Part shown: one piece after another, positions 19,380 to 31,104 of the stretch
Position numbering within the stretch: position 1 is the stretch's first letter
Layout: every line of letters starts with the position of its first letter
Notes under the pieces: generated by a model
Seen by the model: the letters and a program-made list of their open reading frames with translations, nothing else
Told to the model about the DNA's origin: nothing
Databases searched by the model: none
Origin: Candidatus Saccharimonadota bacterium
GTDB taxonomy: Bacteria > Patescibacteriota > Gracilibacteria > BD1-5 > UBA6164
Length of the DNA stretch: 32,000 nt
Reading direction: 5' to 3'
NCBI GenBank assembly: GCA_963677765.1
Contig: OY782392.1
Span: 990,001-1,022,000 of the forward strand
Program-made: the position numbers and the translations under genes

Positions 19380-22058
19380 ATGACAAATAATGAATTCCCG
19401 AAAAAATATAATCCAAAAGAGTTTGAAGAAAAATTATATACTAATTGGGAACAAACAGAAAAATTTAAACCTAGAGAATCTACTACGGGAGAACAATTTT
19501 ATATACCTATGCCTCCTCCAAATGTAACATCAAAACTTCATGTTGGTCATTCGTTATGATGTACTATACAAGATATAATGACTAGATATCATAGAATGAA
19601 ATGAGATTCTACTTTATTGTTACCAGGTACTGATCATGCAGGTATTTCTACTCAAGTAAAAGTAGAAGAAAAATTAGCAAAAGAATGAAAAAATAAACAT
19701 AATATTTCAAGAGAAGAGTTTTTAAAAGAATGTTGGGATTGGACGAATGAATATGGTGGAACTATTCAATGACAATTTAGAAAAATGTGAACTAGTTGTG
19801 ATTGGTCAAAAGAAAAATTCACAATGGATTCAGATATGAATGAAAACGTAAATAAAGCATTTGTTGACTTATATAATAAATGACTTATTTATAAATGAGA
19901 ATACATGGTTAATTATGACCCTGTATTAGATACTGTAGTTTCTGATCAAGAAGTTATATACAAAGAAGAAAAAACAAAACTTTATCACATAACTTATTTT
20001 GTATCTTGAAGTGATAATGAAGTTGTTATCGCTACTACTAGACCTGAAACTTTACTTTGAGATGTAGCTGTTGCCGTTCATCCAAAAGATAAAAGATATA
20101 AAAAATTATTAAAAGCTGGTAAAAAATTAATATTACCAATTGTAAATAAAGAAATTCCAATTATAGCTGATGAAATGGTTGATATGGAATTTGGTACTGG
20201 TGCTGTAAAAATTACCCCTGCTCATGATGCTAATGACTTTGAAGTAGCTAAAAGACATGATTTACCATTAAATAAAGTTGTTTTATGAAAAGATGGTAAT
20301 ATGACTAAAATAGCATGAATTTTTGCATGACAAGATTATAAAACTGCTAGAGAGAATATAGTTGAGTTGTTAAAAGCAAAATGAAATCTTATAAAAATAG
20401 AAGATCATGTTTCAAAAGTATGATATGGTGAAAGATCTCATGCGAAAATTGAAACTATTATATCTAAACAATGGTTTGTAAAAATTGAACCTATTGCTAA
20501 AAAAGTAATCAAATGATATAAAAATAAAGATTTTGAAATTGTACCAAAAAGATTTAATAAATCTTTTGAAGATTGGATTTTTAATCTTAGAGATTGGTGT
20601 ATATCTAGACAGCTTATATGGTGACATCAAATCCCTGTTTGGTATTGACCTGATGGAGAAATATTTTGTGCTGAATCAGAAGAGTTAGCTTTAGAATCAG
20701 CTAAGTCTCATTATGGAGAAGATACTAAACTTACAAGAGATTCAGACGCTTTAGATACTTGGTTTAGTTCTGCATTATGGCCATTTTCTACTTTGGGTTA
20801 TGAATTTAATAGTGATAATCAAAATAAACTTATAAAAGACTTTTATCCTTCTTCAGTTCTTGAAACTGCATATGATATAATATTCTTTTGGGTTATTAGA
20901 ATGCTTTTATTTTGATATGAATTCACATGAACTACTCCATTTAAAACAATATATTTCCATTGATTAGTAAGAGATAAAATTGGTAGAAAAATGAGTAAAT
21001 CATTATGAAATTGAACAGATCCAATTGATATGATAGAAAAATATTGAACTGATGCTTTAAGATTAACTTTATCAATAGGTAATACTCCTTGAAATGACTT
21101 AAAATTTGATGAAGAAAATGTAGAAAATAATATGTTCTTTATTAATAAATTATGGAATGCTTCTAGATTTGTTTCTACTAATTTAAGTTCAGTTGATAAT
21201 GATATTGCTTCAATTGAAAAAGATTTAAAAGAAAATTATAATAATCTTATGTTTCATGAAAAATGGATATTATCTAGAGTTAGATATTTATCAGATTTGG
21301 TTACTGAATCTATGGAAAACTATGATTTTTCAGAAGCATGACAAGAACTTCAAACATTTACTAGAAATGAATTTTGTGACTATTACATAGAAGAATTTAA
21401 ACTTACTAAGGATGAATCTAAATATTGAGAAAAAGTTATTACTTATGTTTTAAATATTTTATTAAAACTTTGGCATCCATATATTCCTTTTGTTACTGAA
21501 GAAATATATAACAGAGTTTGATTTTCTTGAGAATTGATAGTTTCAGATTGGTGAAATGTTTCTATTGATAGAGATTTAGATATAGAAAAAGACAATTCAT
21601 TAGTTTTAGATGTTATTAGAGAAATTAGAAGCTTAAGAGCTGATAATAATATAATGCCTAATAAAACTATTTGATTAAAAATTTATGCAAAAAATAAAAA
21701 TGCAGATGTTTTAAATCAAGTTTTACCAATGATAGCTTGAATAGTAAAAGCAGATGAATATGAATTAATTGATAAAAAAATTGATGATGATTGATATGCT
21801 TATGGTGTAATAAAATCTTGAGTTGAAGTTTATGTAGATACATCTAATGCATTAGATGTTAATAAAGAAATTGAAAGACTAGAATCTCAAATTATTGATA
21901 TGAAGGAATATATTGCTATTTTAGATAAAAAATTATTAAATGAATCTTTTGTTAATAAGGCTCCTGAAAAGTTAGTTAGAGCTGAAATGGAGAAAAAATC
22001 ACAAGCACAAGATAAATTACTTAAATTACAAGATAAATTATCTAAATTATCTAAATAA
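19380..22058 (+). CDS. valS: Valine--tRNA ligase, 892 aa
   Basis: The HIGH motif lies in [16 protein letters not shown]. Further motifs are ...[12 protein letters not shown]..., ...[17 protein letters not shown]... and ...[18 protein letters not shown]. They continue with ...[17 protein letters not shown]... and ...[15 protein letters not shown]... The KMSKS motif lies in [10 protein letters not shown]. The C-terminus is a coiled coil. Confidence 0.95.
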
Positions 22059-22060
22059 TA

Positions 22061-22086
22061 AAAAAGAGAGTTTTCTCTCTTTTTTA
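22061..22086 (+). terminator. Rho-independent terminator
   Basis: The arms aaaaagagag and ctctcttttt form a hairpin with loop tttt. Confidence 0.65.
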
Positions 22087-22147
22087 TTTGCTAATTTTTC
22101 TAAAAAGATTATATTTTAATTAGTTAGTTAACTTAATTTGTCGCCCC

Positions 22148-22438
22148 ATGAAAAGAGCTTTTTGATTTTTATTATTGTTTATGTTACTTTTTACTTGAGT
22201 TTCAGCTGAATTCAGTTCTACAAGTAAAGAATCTTTTATAAATTCTCCTAGTTTAGAAGATATAAAAAAAATAGATGATCCTTTAATTAAATATTGTGAA
22301 TTATCTTTTTTGAAAGCATATATGAGAAGAGATTTTACGGATATAGAAAATAAATATTGTTCTGATTATTTTGAACAAAAAATAGAAGCTCATATGAATT
22401 ATATGAGAGATTCATTGAATAATAGAGGGATTTATTAA
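22148..22438 (+). CDS. Small secreted hypothetical protein, 96 aa
   Basis: Signal-peptide-like N-terminus MKRAFGFLLLFMLLFTGVSAEF. The mature part has two Cys (…KYCELSF…NKYCSDYF…). A hairpin with a T-run lies at about 22424-22458. Confidence 0.6.
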
Positions 22439-22518
22439 TTAATAAATCTCTTTTTTTTGATTATATTTAGTTTTTTAATATAATTTGCCAAGTTTTTTAA
22501 ATATTAATATAAAAAAAT

Positions 22519-23604
22519 ATGAAAATAGGTATAGTTTGATTACCCAATGTATGAAAATCTACATTATTTAATGCTCTTACAAAAAATTATAGTGCAGATG
22601 CTCAAAACTTCCCATTTTGTACTATTGAACCAAATGTAGGTATTGTTAATGTAAATGATATTAGATTAGAACAAATTAGAGAAGCAGTAAATTGACAAGC
22701 TGTTATTCCAGCTACATGTGAATTTACAGATATTGCAGGTATAGTAAAGTGAGCAAGTGCTTGAGAAGGTTTATGAAATAAATTTCTTGCAAATATAAGA
22801 GAAGCTGATGCTATTTTACAAGTTGTAAGAATATTTGAAAACGATGACATTATACATGTTCATTGAAAAGTTGATCCTAAATCAGATATAGAAGTTATCA
22901 ATGCTGAATTAATAATGGCTGATATTGAAACTGTATGAAAAAGAATTATATCTGATGCAAAAAAAGCTAGAAGTGATAAAGATATAGCTTTTGCTATAGA
23001 AGTTTATAAAAAAGTTGAAGAAAAATTAAATGAAGGTATTCTTGTATCTAATATGTGATTAGACGAAGATGAATTAAAATCAATAAAAGATTTACATTTA
23101 TTAACTAATAAACAATTTGTTTATGCTTGTAATGTAAATGAAGATATGATGGATATGGAAGAAGAAGAACTTAAAAAGATTCTTGGTTTAGAAAATACAT
23201 CAAATAGAGTAGTTCCAATTTGTGCAAAACTAGAAGCAGATATGATTGAAATGTCTAGTGAAGAAAAAGTAGAATTTTTAGAAGAGATGTGATTAAAAAC
23301 TACTTGATTAGATGATCTAATTAAAACATCTTATGATGCTCTTGGTTTAATGTATTATTTTACTGCTTGAGAAAAAGAAGTTAGAGCTTGGACTATTCAT
23401 AAATGAGATACTGCACCACAAGCAGCATGAGTTATACATACTGATTTTGAAAAATGATTTATAAAAGCTGATGTTGTTAATTGGATTGATATAGTAGAAT
23501 ATAAATGATGGTCTTGAGCTAGAGAAAATGGTAAAGTTTCTCTACAATGAAAAGATTATGTAGTAAAAGATGGAGATGTAATATTATTTAAATTTAATAA
23601 TTAG
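22519..23604 (+). CDS. ychF: Ribosome-binding ATPase YchF (Obg-like), 361 aa
   Basis: The P-loop in [21 protein letters not shown] has its Gly residues encoded by TGA. Further motifs are ...[13 protein letters not shown]..., ...[37 protein letters not shown] and ...[14 protein letters not shown]...[16 protein letters not shown]... TAG stop. Confidence 0.95.
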
Positions 23605-23609
23605 TATAA

Positions 23610-24452
23610 ATGAAAAAATTAGTTTTAGAATCTATGCAAAAACTAGACTTTTTCGTTTGGTGATTAGCTTTAATTTTCTTTTTAGGTTCATCACTTATTA
23701 TGTGATGAAACTTAGTTGAATCATTCTTATGAGCATCATGAATTATTGTATTAATGTTCTTTGTGTGATTTAGTATAGAATTAATACTAGCTTCTTTAAG
23801 ATGAGTTAAGTGATTATGAAAAATTACATGATTTATAACTAATTGACCAGAGGCTTTAGTTTTAATTGTTTGATTGATTTGAGGTGATGTTTTATTTGCA
23901 GCAAGTACTCCATTAGGATCAAATCTAATGAACCCTGTACTTTTATTGGCTGCATTAATAATAACTTGATATATGATAAAACTTAATAAGTTTAGTCATA
24001 AAATGTTTTTTAGTATTTGATTTTTACTATCGGCATTATTTGCTATAGTGTTTTTTCTTATTCCAGAATCTTATTATATTTTATGGATTATATTAGCATT
24101 ATTAGTTAGTATTGTTTTATTTATGAAAAAAATAGAACAAACAGAAAATGATGAAGATGACGAAGAAAAAGTTTCTAAGTTTTATCTACCTTTATGAATA
24201 GTTATTTTACTTATTAGTTGATATTTTCTTGATCCTGTTGTAAGCTTTACTGCTGATGCTAGTCTTGCTCCAAAATGAATTATTTGATTTTTAGTTTTGG
24301 CTACATTAACTAGTTGGCCAGAATTTAAATCTGTTTTGTGATTATTAAAAAGATCAAAAATAACTGATGCATTTGAAAATATATTAATTTCAAATATTAC
24401 TAATTTATGGTTAGCTATAGCATGAGTTGTTGTATGGTTGATTATAAAATAA
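23610..24452 (+). CDS. CaCA-family (sodium/calcium exchanger-like) membrane transporter, 280 aa
   Basis: Two alpha-repeat-like segments are present. The first is ITGFITNGPEALVLIVGLIGGDVLFAASTPLGSNLMNPVLLL. The second is LATLTSWPEFKSVLGLLKR...ENILISNITNLWLAI. The gene starts 5 nt after the ychF stop. Confidence 0.7.
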
Positions 24453-24509
24453 TTTTTGACAAATTATTTATTTAAGTTATATATAATATATTATATATAA
24501 CTTTTTTTT

Positions 24510-25343
24510 ATGTTAAATTATTGAACTTATTTTTGAAATGATATTGTGTGAAGGATAGAAGCTGATCAATTTAAAATGCCATTTTCTCAAAGAGAGTTAA
24601 CTCAAGAATTATTAGATAATTATTCTAAAAAGATAAGTACAGCATTGGTAGCTATAGATTGAACAAAATTTAGTTCAAATGTTTTAACCATAGATTCTAC
24701 TACTTACGATATATGAGATATAGATTTTTTAGAACAATGAACTGATTGAGTTATAATGACTGGATTAAATGATATTGATAAAAGTAGATTCGAATGAAAA
24801 GTAGCTGTTTGAGTTATATTATGAGTTGGTGACTGTGCTCCTATTATATGAAGTAGTAATGATTGATCTGTTATGTTTAATATTCATGGTTGATATAAAT
24901 GAATATTATGAAATGGGGAAGAATGAAATCCAGGTATAATATATAACTTTATTTCTCAATTAGAATCAGAATGAGTTAATCCAAATCATATATGAAAAAT
25001 ACATTTATGACCTATGGCTGGTCCTGATTTTGAATTACCATTATCATATTATGAAAAATTAATTCAATATATTTCAAAGGAATATAAAATTATTGATTTT
25101 AAAGAGTATTTTATATTAAATTGAAAAACAAATGAGTCATGAGATAAATTATGATATTTAAATTTAAGGTGAATAGTTGATATATTATTACGCTATCATT
25201 GAGTATCTATGTATAATATAGAGGATTCATCAATTAATACTACTGATTTATCTAATTGATGGCCATCATATAGACTTTATAGTAATTGATTACAAAAAGA
25301 TAATAATAGATTATCAGCTACTATAGCAAAATTATTGATATAA
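24510..25343 (+). CDS. pgeF: YfiH/PgeF (DUF152, laccase-domain) family protein, 277 aa
   Basis: Motifs are ...GTDGVIMTG..., ...VGVILGVGDCAPIIGSS..., ...MFNIHGGYKGIL and ...NGWPSYRL, matching the family pattern ADC.P...HAGWrG...SYR. The start codon is uncertain; the internal ATG for the Met in ...DQFKMPFSQ... is also possible. Confidence 0.8.
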
Positions 25344-25344
25344 T

Positions 25345-25374
25345 AAAAGAAGATAGTTAATCTATCTTCTTTTT
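25345..25374. terminator. Bidirectional rho-independent terminator between convergent genes
   Basis: The arms aaaagaagatag and ctatcttctttt form a hairpin. The stop of the minus-strand gene (25357-25359) lies in the loop. Confidence 0.7.
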
Positions 25375-26319
25375 AAATTTTGCTATAAAAAATCATTCAG
25401 ATTCTTCACTTGGCAATATTCTTACTGATTTATTTAATTCTTTTTTGAAAAATTTATTTTCAAACTTTGTTAATCAATTTCTTTTGTATTTATAATTTAA
25501 TTCTATATCAACTAATTCCATATAAGGATAATTACATAGTATCATATGACATATATCTTCGTTTTCTTCTGGAGATATAGTACAGGTACTATATACTAGT
25601 TCTCATCATTTTTTTAATAAATCTATAGAGTTTTTTATAATTTGTTTTTGAAGTTTATAATTTTTTTTGACAACTTCCCCTGACCAATATGCAAAACTTT
25701 TTTCAATATTTGTATTAAATTTTCATTCAGCACTACATGGTAAATCAGCTATTATATAATCAAAATATTCAATGTATACAGGGTTATTATTAATAATATT
25801 TCTAGCATCATTTTTTATAATTTTTGCATTTTTTACTCATTGTCTATTAAGAGTAAATTTTAATTTATCGATTCTTATTGAATTATTGTCATTTGCAATT
25901 ATTTCCCCTGTATTATTAAGTTTTGCTGCTGCTTGAGATGTTTTTCATCAAGGTGCTGCTGTTAAATCTAATATTTTAGCTCAATCTTTTATATCTAATA
26001 TTTCTACTGGAATTTGACTTGAAATAGATTGTAAATAAATAAATCAATTTTTAAATAAATCTAATTTCCATAAGTCTGATTCATCTCAATTTAGTAATAT
26101 AAAAGTATTACTAAATGCTTCAATTTTTTTTACTTCTAAATTATTTTGTAGTAATTTATCTATAACTTCTTCATTCGAACTTTTTATAGTATTAACTCTA
26201 AAAGCTGTTTTTCTTTTTTTACAATTAAATCATTTATATATTATATCCAGATCATCTTTTGTATATATTTTATTTAATTTATCTAAGAATTTTTCATTTA
26301 GTTTATTTATATTTGACAT
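25357..26319 (-). CDS. RsmB/RsmF/NOP2-Sun family rRNA (cytosine-C5)-methyltransferase, 320 aa
   Basis: Motifs are ...GFIYLQSISSQIPVEIL..., ...ILDLTAAPGGKTSQAA..., ...IIADLPCSAEGKF... and ...GGELVYSTCTISPEENE... Confidence 0.85.
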
Positions 26320-26356
26320 TATTTTTTGTTATATATAATACACAATACACATTTAA

Positions 26357-26439
26357 CGGGGTATAAGTCTCAGTTGGTAGAGCTATCATATCTAGATAAG
26401 ATATGATGTGGGGTGGTTCGAGTCCATCTACCGCGACCA
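26357..26439 (+). tRNA. tRNA-like gene, 83 nt with encoded CCA and a non-canonical cloverleaf; best anticodon reading is GAU (Ile)
   Basis: The acceptor stem pairs CGGGGUA (26357-26363) with UACCGCG (26429-26435) and has a G3/G70 mismatch. The discriminator is A and CCA is at 26437-26439. The D region contains CAGUUGGUAGAGC. The T arm is GGUGG-UUCGAGU-CCAUC. The anticodon arm is a 7-8 bp stem, (A)UCAUAUC paired with GAUAUGA(U), with loop UAGAUAA. A TATAAT box lies at 26334-26339 and a terminator at 26446-26471. Confidence 0.7.
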
Positions 26440-26445
26440 ATTTAT

Positions 26446-26471
26446 AAGTCTAGCAATTAGCTAGACTTTTT
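26446..26471 (+). terminator. Rho-independent terminator after the tRNA-like gene
   Basis: The arms aagtctagc and gctagactt form a hairpin, followed by a T-run. Confidence 0.65.
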
Positions 26472-26512
26472 CTATATTAATTAATTATAACTTTAAGTAA
26501 ATAAATTATTTA

Positions 26513-26546
26513 AAAAAGTAATAAATTATAATTTATTACTTTTTTC
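26513..26546 (-). terminator. Palindromic hairpin/terminator at the 3' end of dedA
   Basis: The arms aaaaaagtaataaatt and aatttattactttttt form a near-perfect palindrome that overlaps the dedA stop (26536-26538). Confidence 0.5.
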
Positions 26547-27306
26547 ATAACTGTTCTAGTTCAGCATTTTTTTCTTTCATATAATTCATAAATTCAACTT
26601 TTTTATACTTATAAATATAAAATGCAACTAATCAAAATATTACTAACATAATTTTTCAAGCATGTTCTAATAGAATTTCATAATATTCAACAAATACTAC
26701 ACCTAATCATATTATAGTTATTGACCGAATTATTGATCAAACTATATTATATATCATAAAACTTATACTTTTCATTCACATACTTCCAGCTATAAATGGT
26801 AGAAATGCTCTGGTCATTGGATGAAATTTTCACAAAATTATTCACCAAGCTCACCATTTATCTATAGATTTTTTTAAATATTTTACTTCTGTTAATCATA
26901 TTCAAAACCAATTACCATATTTAGTAAAAAAACTATCTCAATAATATTTTCATAATATATATCATATATAATTTCATATAATAGCTCATAAAGAAGCTAT
27001 TAACATCAAATATATAAGGTTTAGATAGCTAATTGATCAAAAAAATCATCATACTATAAGTAGTATATTTTGTCATGGTATAACTACTCAAATAACAGGA
27101 AAAGCTTCTATTAGACTACTAGAAAATCATATAAAATAATTCCAGTATCATATTCATTCGACTACTATTTTCATCCATTCAATAAATGCTTCTATCCATT
27201 CTTTTTTAAATATAGCTATAAATGCTAGTGCTATAGTAAATATTATTAAAAGTATATTAATGGTATTTATTATTATTTTTACAAGGTTTTTTAACTTTTC
27301 TTTCAT
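26536..27306 (-). CDS. dedA: DedA/VTT-domain family membrane protein, 256 aa
   Basis: Motifs are ...GYWNYFIGFSSSLIEAFPVIGVVIPGQNILLIVGGFFGS..., ...GNYIGYILGKYYG... and ...GKFHPMTRAFLPFIAGSMGM... Confidence 0.85.
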
Positions 27307-27503
27307 TTTTATTTAAATTTTAAATCAATTATTTTTTATATATTACAAATATTGTAAAATAAAAATAATATATTTTTTAAAATCTATTGATTATTAATAT
27401 ATTTATTTTTTAATATTATTTTTATCCCTTATTCTTTGTTTTAAATTTGCTTTTTTATGATTTTAAATAAAATACTTGGAGTTATATTTTATTAAAAAAT
27501 CTT

Positions 27504-28523
27504 ATGGATATATTAAAAAACAGATTTATATATTTTTGAATATCAATATTTTTTATAGTTATATCAATTTTTATGCTTTTATTTTCAAAGCTTAATTTAT
27601 GAATTGATATGACAGGATGAATAAATATGGAATATTCATATTCTTCTCAATTGAATATAGATGATGTAAAAGAATCTCTTGAAGAAGTTAAAACTGAAAT
27701 ATTATATAAGGAAAATCAAGTTATAAATAATATTAATGCATATAAAGTTACTTGAGAAAATACTTTAGTAGTTGTTGCTTGATTTGATACAAGTATTGAT
27801 GATAAAAATCTAGATTTACTTAAATTAGATTTTAGAGAAAAAACATTATCTATACTTAGTGATAAAGACCCTGAAGTAAAAGAAACACTTTATACTAATA
27901 TTGGTAAAAGTTTTTGAGATTATATAAGAAATACAGCATTTTTAACTTTGGCAATTGCTATTGTAGCTATAACAATTTATGTTTCATTTGCTTTTTCATG
28001 AGTTGTTTCTTGAATCAGTGTATTTTCATTTTCTATTATAACATTATTAACACTTTTTCATGATGTAGTTATATCTACTTGATTATATATATTTGCTTGA
28101 ACATTTTTTAATCAATTTCAAATAGATACATTTTTTATTACTGCATTATTAACTATATTATGATATTCAATTAATGATACTATAGTTGTATTTGATAGAA
28201 TAAGATCAAATCTTAAAAAATATGCTTGAAAACCATGAAAAAATGGTAAAGATTTATATGAAATAATAAATTTATCTGTTACTCAATCATTAAAAAGAAG
28301 TATTTATACTAGTTTAACTTTGATATTTGTTCTAGTTACAATATTTATTTTTGGTCCAGAATGAGTTAGCTGATTTATACTTGCAATGATATTTGGTACT
28401 TTTGTAGGTACATATAGTTCTATATTTATAGCTTCACCGATATTATATCAAGTTAATAGAAATAAAAGTTTAAAAGTTTATAAAAAGGAAGTAATAAATC
28501 CTGAAGATAAAATAGTTGTATAA
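27504..28523 (+). CDS. secF: Protein translocase subunit SecF, 339 aa
   Basis: The N-terminus is MDILKNRFIYFGISIFFIVISIFMLLFSKLNLGIDMTGG. Further motifs are ...TLLTLFHDVVISTGLY..., ...ITALLTILGYSINDTIVVFDRIR and ...IFGTFVGTYSSIFIASP... Confidence 0.9.
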
Positions 28524-28538
28524 TAATTTAAAATAAAA

Positions 28539-30293
28539 ATGAAATTTTCAATATTAAAAAAAATTTTTAATACTTATATTGAAACAATAGGTAAGACAAA
28601 TGTAATATTTGTCTTACTTTTTGGTTTATTTGTATCTTTTATGGTTGTAATAGAACCATTATTTTTTTCAGAAATCATAAAAAAAATAGAAAGCTTTTAT
28701 AAAACATGAGAATTTAATTCAACAGAAATAATTTATACAATGTTATTTTGGTCTATATTTATATTTTTTACAATAATATTATTATATATTTATAGATATT
28801 ATATAACCGATGTGCTATCATTAAAAAATTATAGAAGAGTATTTTTAAAATACGTTTATAATGTTTTTGATATGCATTATTCAGAGTATCTTTGAAAAAA
28901 ATCTTGAAGTATATATAAAAACTTTGATAGGTGAGCTGAGGTTCATTTTATACTTATTTTTGAATTCTTTAATCAAATATATAAGTCAATAGTTTCAATA
29001 GTTATTATAGTTATTATACTATTTGTTATTGATTGGAGAATGGCTATAATTGCACTAAGTATGCTTCCATTTATGATATGATTTGGTATTTATTTCAACT
29101 TAATTACAAGTGATAGACAAAAGAAGTTAAATGAAAGATGGGATAATATTTATTGAGTAGTTTGAGATTCAATGAATAATTTCTTATTATTCAAAACATT
29201 ATGATTAGAAAAAACTTTTTATAATAAACTTAATTTAGAAATTGATAATGTTTATAATGATCAATTAAATGTATCAAAACAATGGTCTATTTCAGATATA
29301 TATACTGCTGTATTGATAATGATATCTAGACTTCTTGTTTTATGATTTTGAATATATTTTTTATTTAATGATATTATAGATTTTTACACTCTTTTTGTTG
29401 TTTTTTCTTATTTATGATGGATTTACTTTCCTCTAGGTGCAATATTTTGAATGCTTAAAAGAGTTCAAGAAAATGTATTAGCTGCCGAAAGATTTTATGA
29501 AGAATTTGAAAGCCCTAAGTTAGATTTATATATAGATAAATGAAAAAAACTTTGAAAAATAAATTGAGATATTTCTTTTAAAAATATTTCATTTTGATAT
29601 ACAAATAATAAAAAAGTTTTAAAGAATATTAGTTTCGATATAAAATCTTGATCTAAAATTGCATTTGTATGAAATACATGATCATGAAAATCTACAATTG
29701 TTAATTTACTTTTAAGATTTTGGGATACTGATTTTTGAGAAATTTCTATAGATTGAATTGATATAAAAAATATATCTAAAAGTTCATTACGTAGTCATAT
29801 ATGAATAGTTACTCAAGATAATTCATTATTTAATTTATCTATACTTGAAAATCTTAGATTTGCTAATCCTAAAGCAAGTATAAAAGATATTAAGCAAGCT
29901 CTTATTGATGCTCAAGCATGATTTGTTTTTGATTTAAAAGACTGACTTGATACAGTTATATGAGAAAGATGATTAAAGCTTAGCTGATGAGAAAAACAAA
30001 GAATATCTTTAGCTAGATTATTTCTAAAAAATCCTGAAGTTTTGATTTTGGATGAAGCGACTAGTGCTTTAGATAATAAAACTGAAAAATTAATTCAAAA
30101 AGCTTTAGATAAATTAATGAAGGGTAGAACTTCTATTGTAATAGCTCATAGATTATCTACAATACAAAATTCAGATAATATTTTTATGTTAGAAAATTGA
30201 AAGATAATTGAATCATGAACTTATGAGAATTTAATGAATAAAAAATCTAAATTTTATAGTTTATCAAATCCTGAACATATAATAATTAACTAG
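28539..30293 (+). CDS. ABC transporter, fused permease/ATP-binding protein (ABCB/MsbA-like exporter), 584 aa
   Basis: The N-terminal region has six predicted TM helices. Walker A is FVGNTGSGKST, with all three Gly encoded by TGA. The signature is [13 protein letters not shown], Walker B is [12 protein letters not shown] and the H-loop is [12 protein letters not shown] stop. The gene starts 15 nt after the secF stop. Confidence 0.9.
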
Positions 30294-30318
30294 AAACTAA
30301 AAGTTTCTAGTTTTTTTA
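30290..30318 (+). terminator. Rho-independent terminator
   Basis: The arms ctagaaac and gtttctag form a hairpin, followed by ttttttt. Confidence 0.7.
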
Positions 30319-30408
30319 TAGTAAAAAATAATTTGAAATATAAATAATATTCATATTATAAGTAGGTTAGAATCAATTATATCTTATATTTAAATATAAA
30401 ATTACTTA

Positions 30409-31086
30409 ATGCTAAATCATTTATGAATAATAATGGATTGAAACCGTAGATGGGCAAAATCTAAATTTTTACCTTCAATAGCATGACATAAAGCATGAGC
30501 TGATAATGTAAAAAAAATCACAAAGTTAGCTGAATCAAAATGAATAAAGTATTTAACTTTATGGGCACTTTCAACTGATAATTTATGGAAAAGATGAGAA
30601 GAAGAAATAAAATGAATCATAAAATTAATTAACAATATAGAATTTTTTCTTTGAGAGATGTTAGATGCAAATCTTAAATTTGAAACTATATGAGATATTT
30701 CAAAATTACCTATTGAATCTCAAGAGGTATTAAATAGAGTTAAAAATAAAACAAAAAATAATACATGAATTACTCTTACTATAGCACTTGTATATTGATG
30801 ACAGGATGATATAATAAGAGCAACTAAAAAAATTATTTCTTTATGATTAAATCCTGAAAAAATCACTAAGCAAGAATTTAAAAAATATCTAGATACTAAT
30901 TTTTTACCTTCTCCAGATGTAATTGTTAGAACAGGATGAGATATTAGACATAGTTGATTTCTTTTATTTGATAGTGAATATAGTGAGTACTATTTTACTA
31001 ATAAATCTTGGCCTGAATTCAATGAAGATGAATTAAATAATGTAATTGATTTTTTTAATAATACTAAAAGAAATTTTTGAAAATAA
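30409..31086 (+). CDS. uppS: Undecaprenyl-diphosphate synthase (cis-prenyltransferase), 225 aa
   Basis: The N-terminus is [30 protein letters not shown]. Further motifs are ...IKYLTLWALSTDNLWKR..., ...LTIALVYGGQDDI... and ...PDVIVRTGGDIRHSGFLLFDSEYSEYYF... Confidence 0.9.
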
Positions 31087-31104
31087 TATTTAAATAAAAT
31101 TATT

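Noticed and set aside
26314-26339. TTGACA at 26314-26319 as the -35 element for the tRNA-like gene
   Set aside because: The spacing to the TATAAT box at 26334-26339 is only 14 nt. In DNA this AT-rich, hexamer matches are frequent, so only the -10 box is mentioned and no promoter feature is called.
26390-26396. Reading the tRNA-like anticodon region as a CUA (amber suppressor) anticodon
   Set aside because: Placing U33-CUA-G37 in a 7-nt loop (AUCUAGA) leaves flanking 5-mers (AUCAU and UAAGA) that cannot pair. The only register that forms a stem gives loop UAGAUAA.
26320-27310. tRNA-adjacent integration site or mobile element
   Set aside because: There is no integrase, transposase, direct repeat of the tRNA 3' end or compositional break next to the tRNA-like gene. 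The neighbours are ordinary housekeeping genes.
27457-27495. 12-codon ORF (MILNKILGVIFY) in the dedA-secF intergenic region
   Set aside because: There is no promoter or terminator framing, no SD site and the sequence is trivial AT-rich DNA. It cannot be distinguished from chance.
714-30635. Other standard-code track ORFs: 714-911(+), 916-1101(-), 2608-2922(-), 5153-5431(+), 7478-7672(+), 8777-9025(-), 20412-20630(-), 22602-22850(-) and 30417-30635(-)
   Set aside because: Each lies out of frame or antisense within a much longer, homology-supported code-25 gene (polA, htpX, the 590-aa protein, the 188-aa and 323-aa membrane proteins, valS, ychF, uppS). Their translations are low-complexity Phe/Ile/Leu/Ser-rich strings typical of AT-rich non-coding frames.
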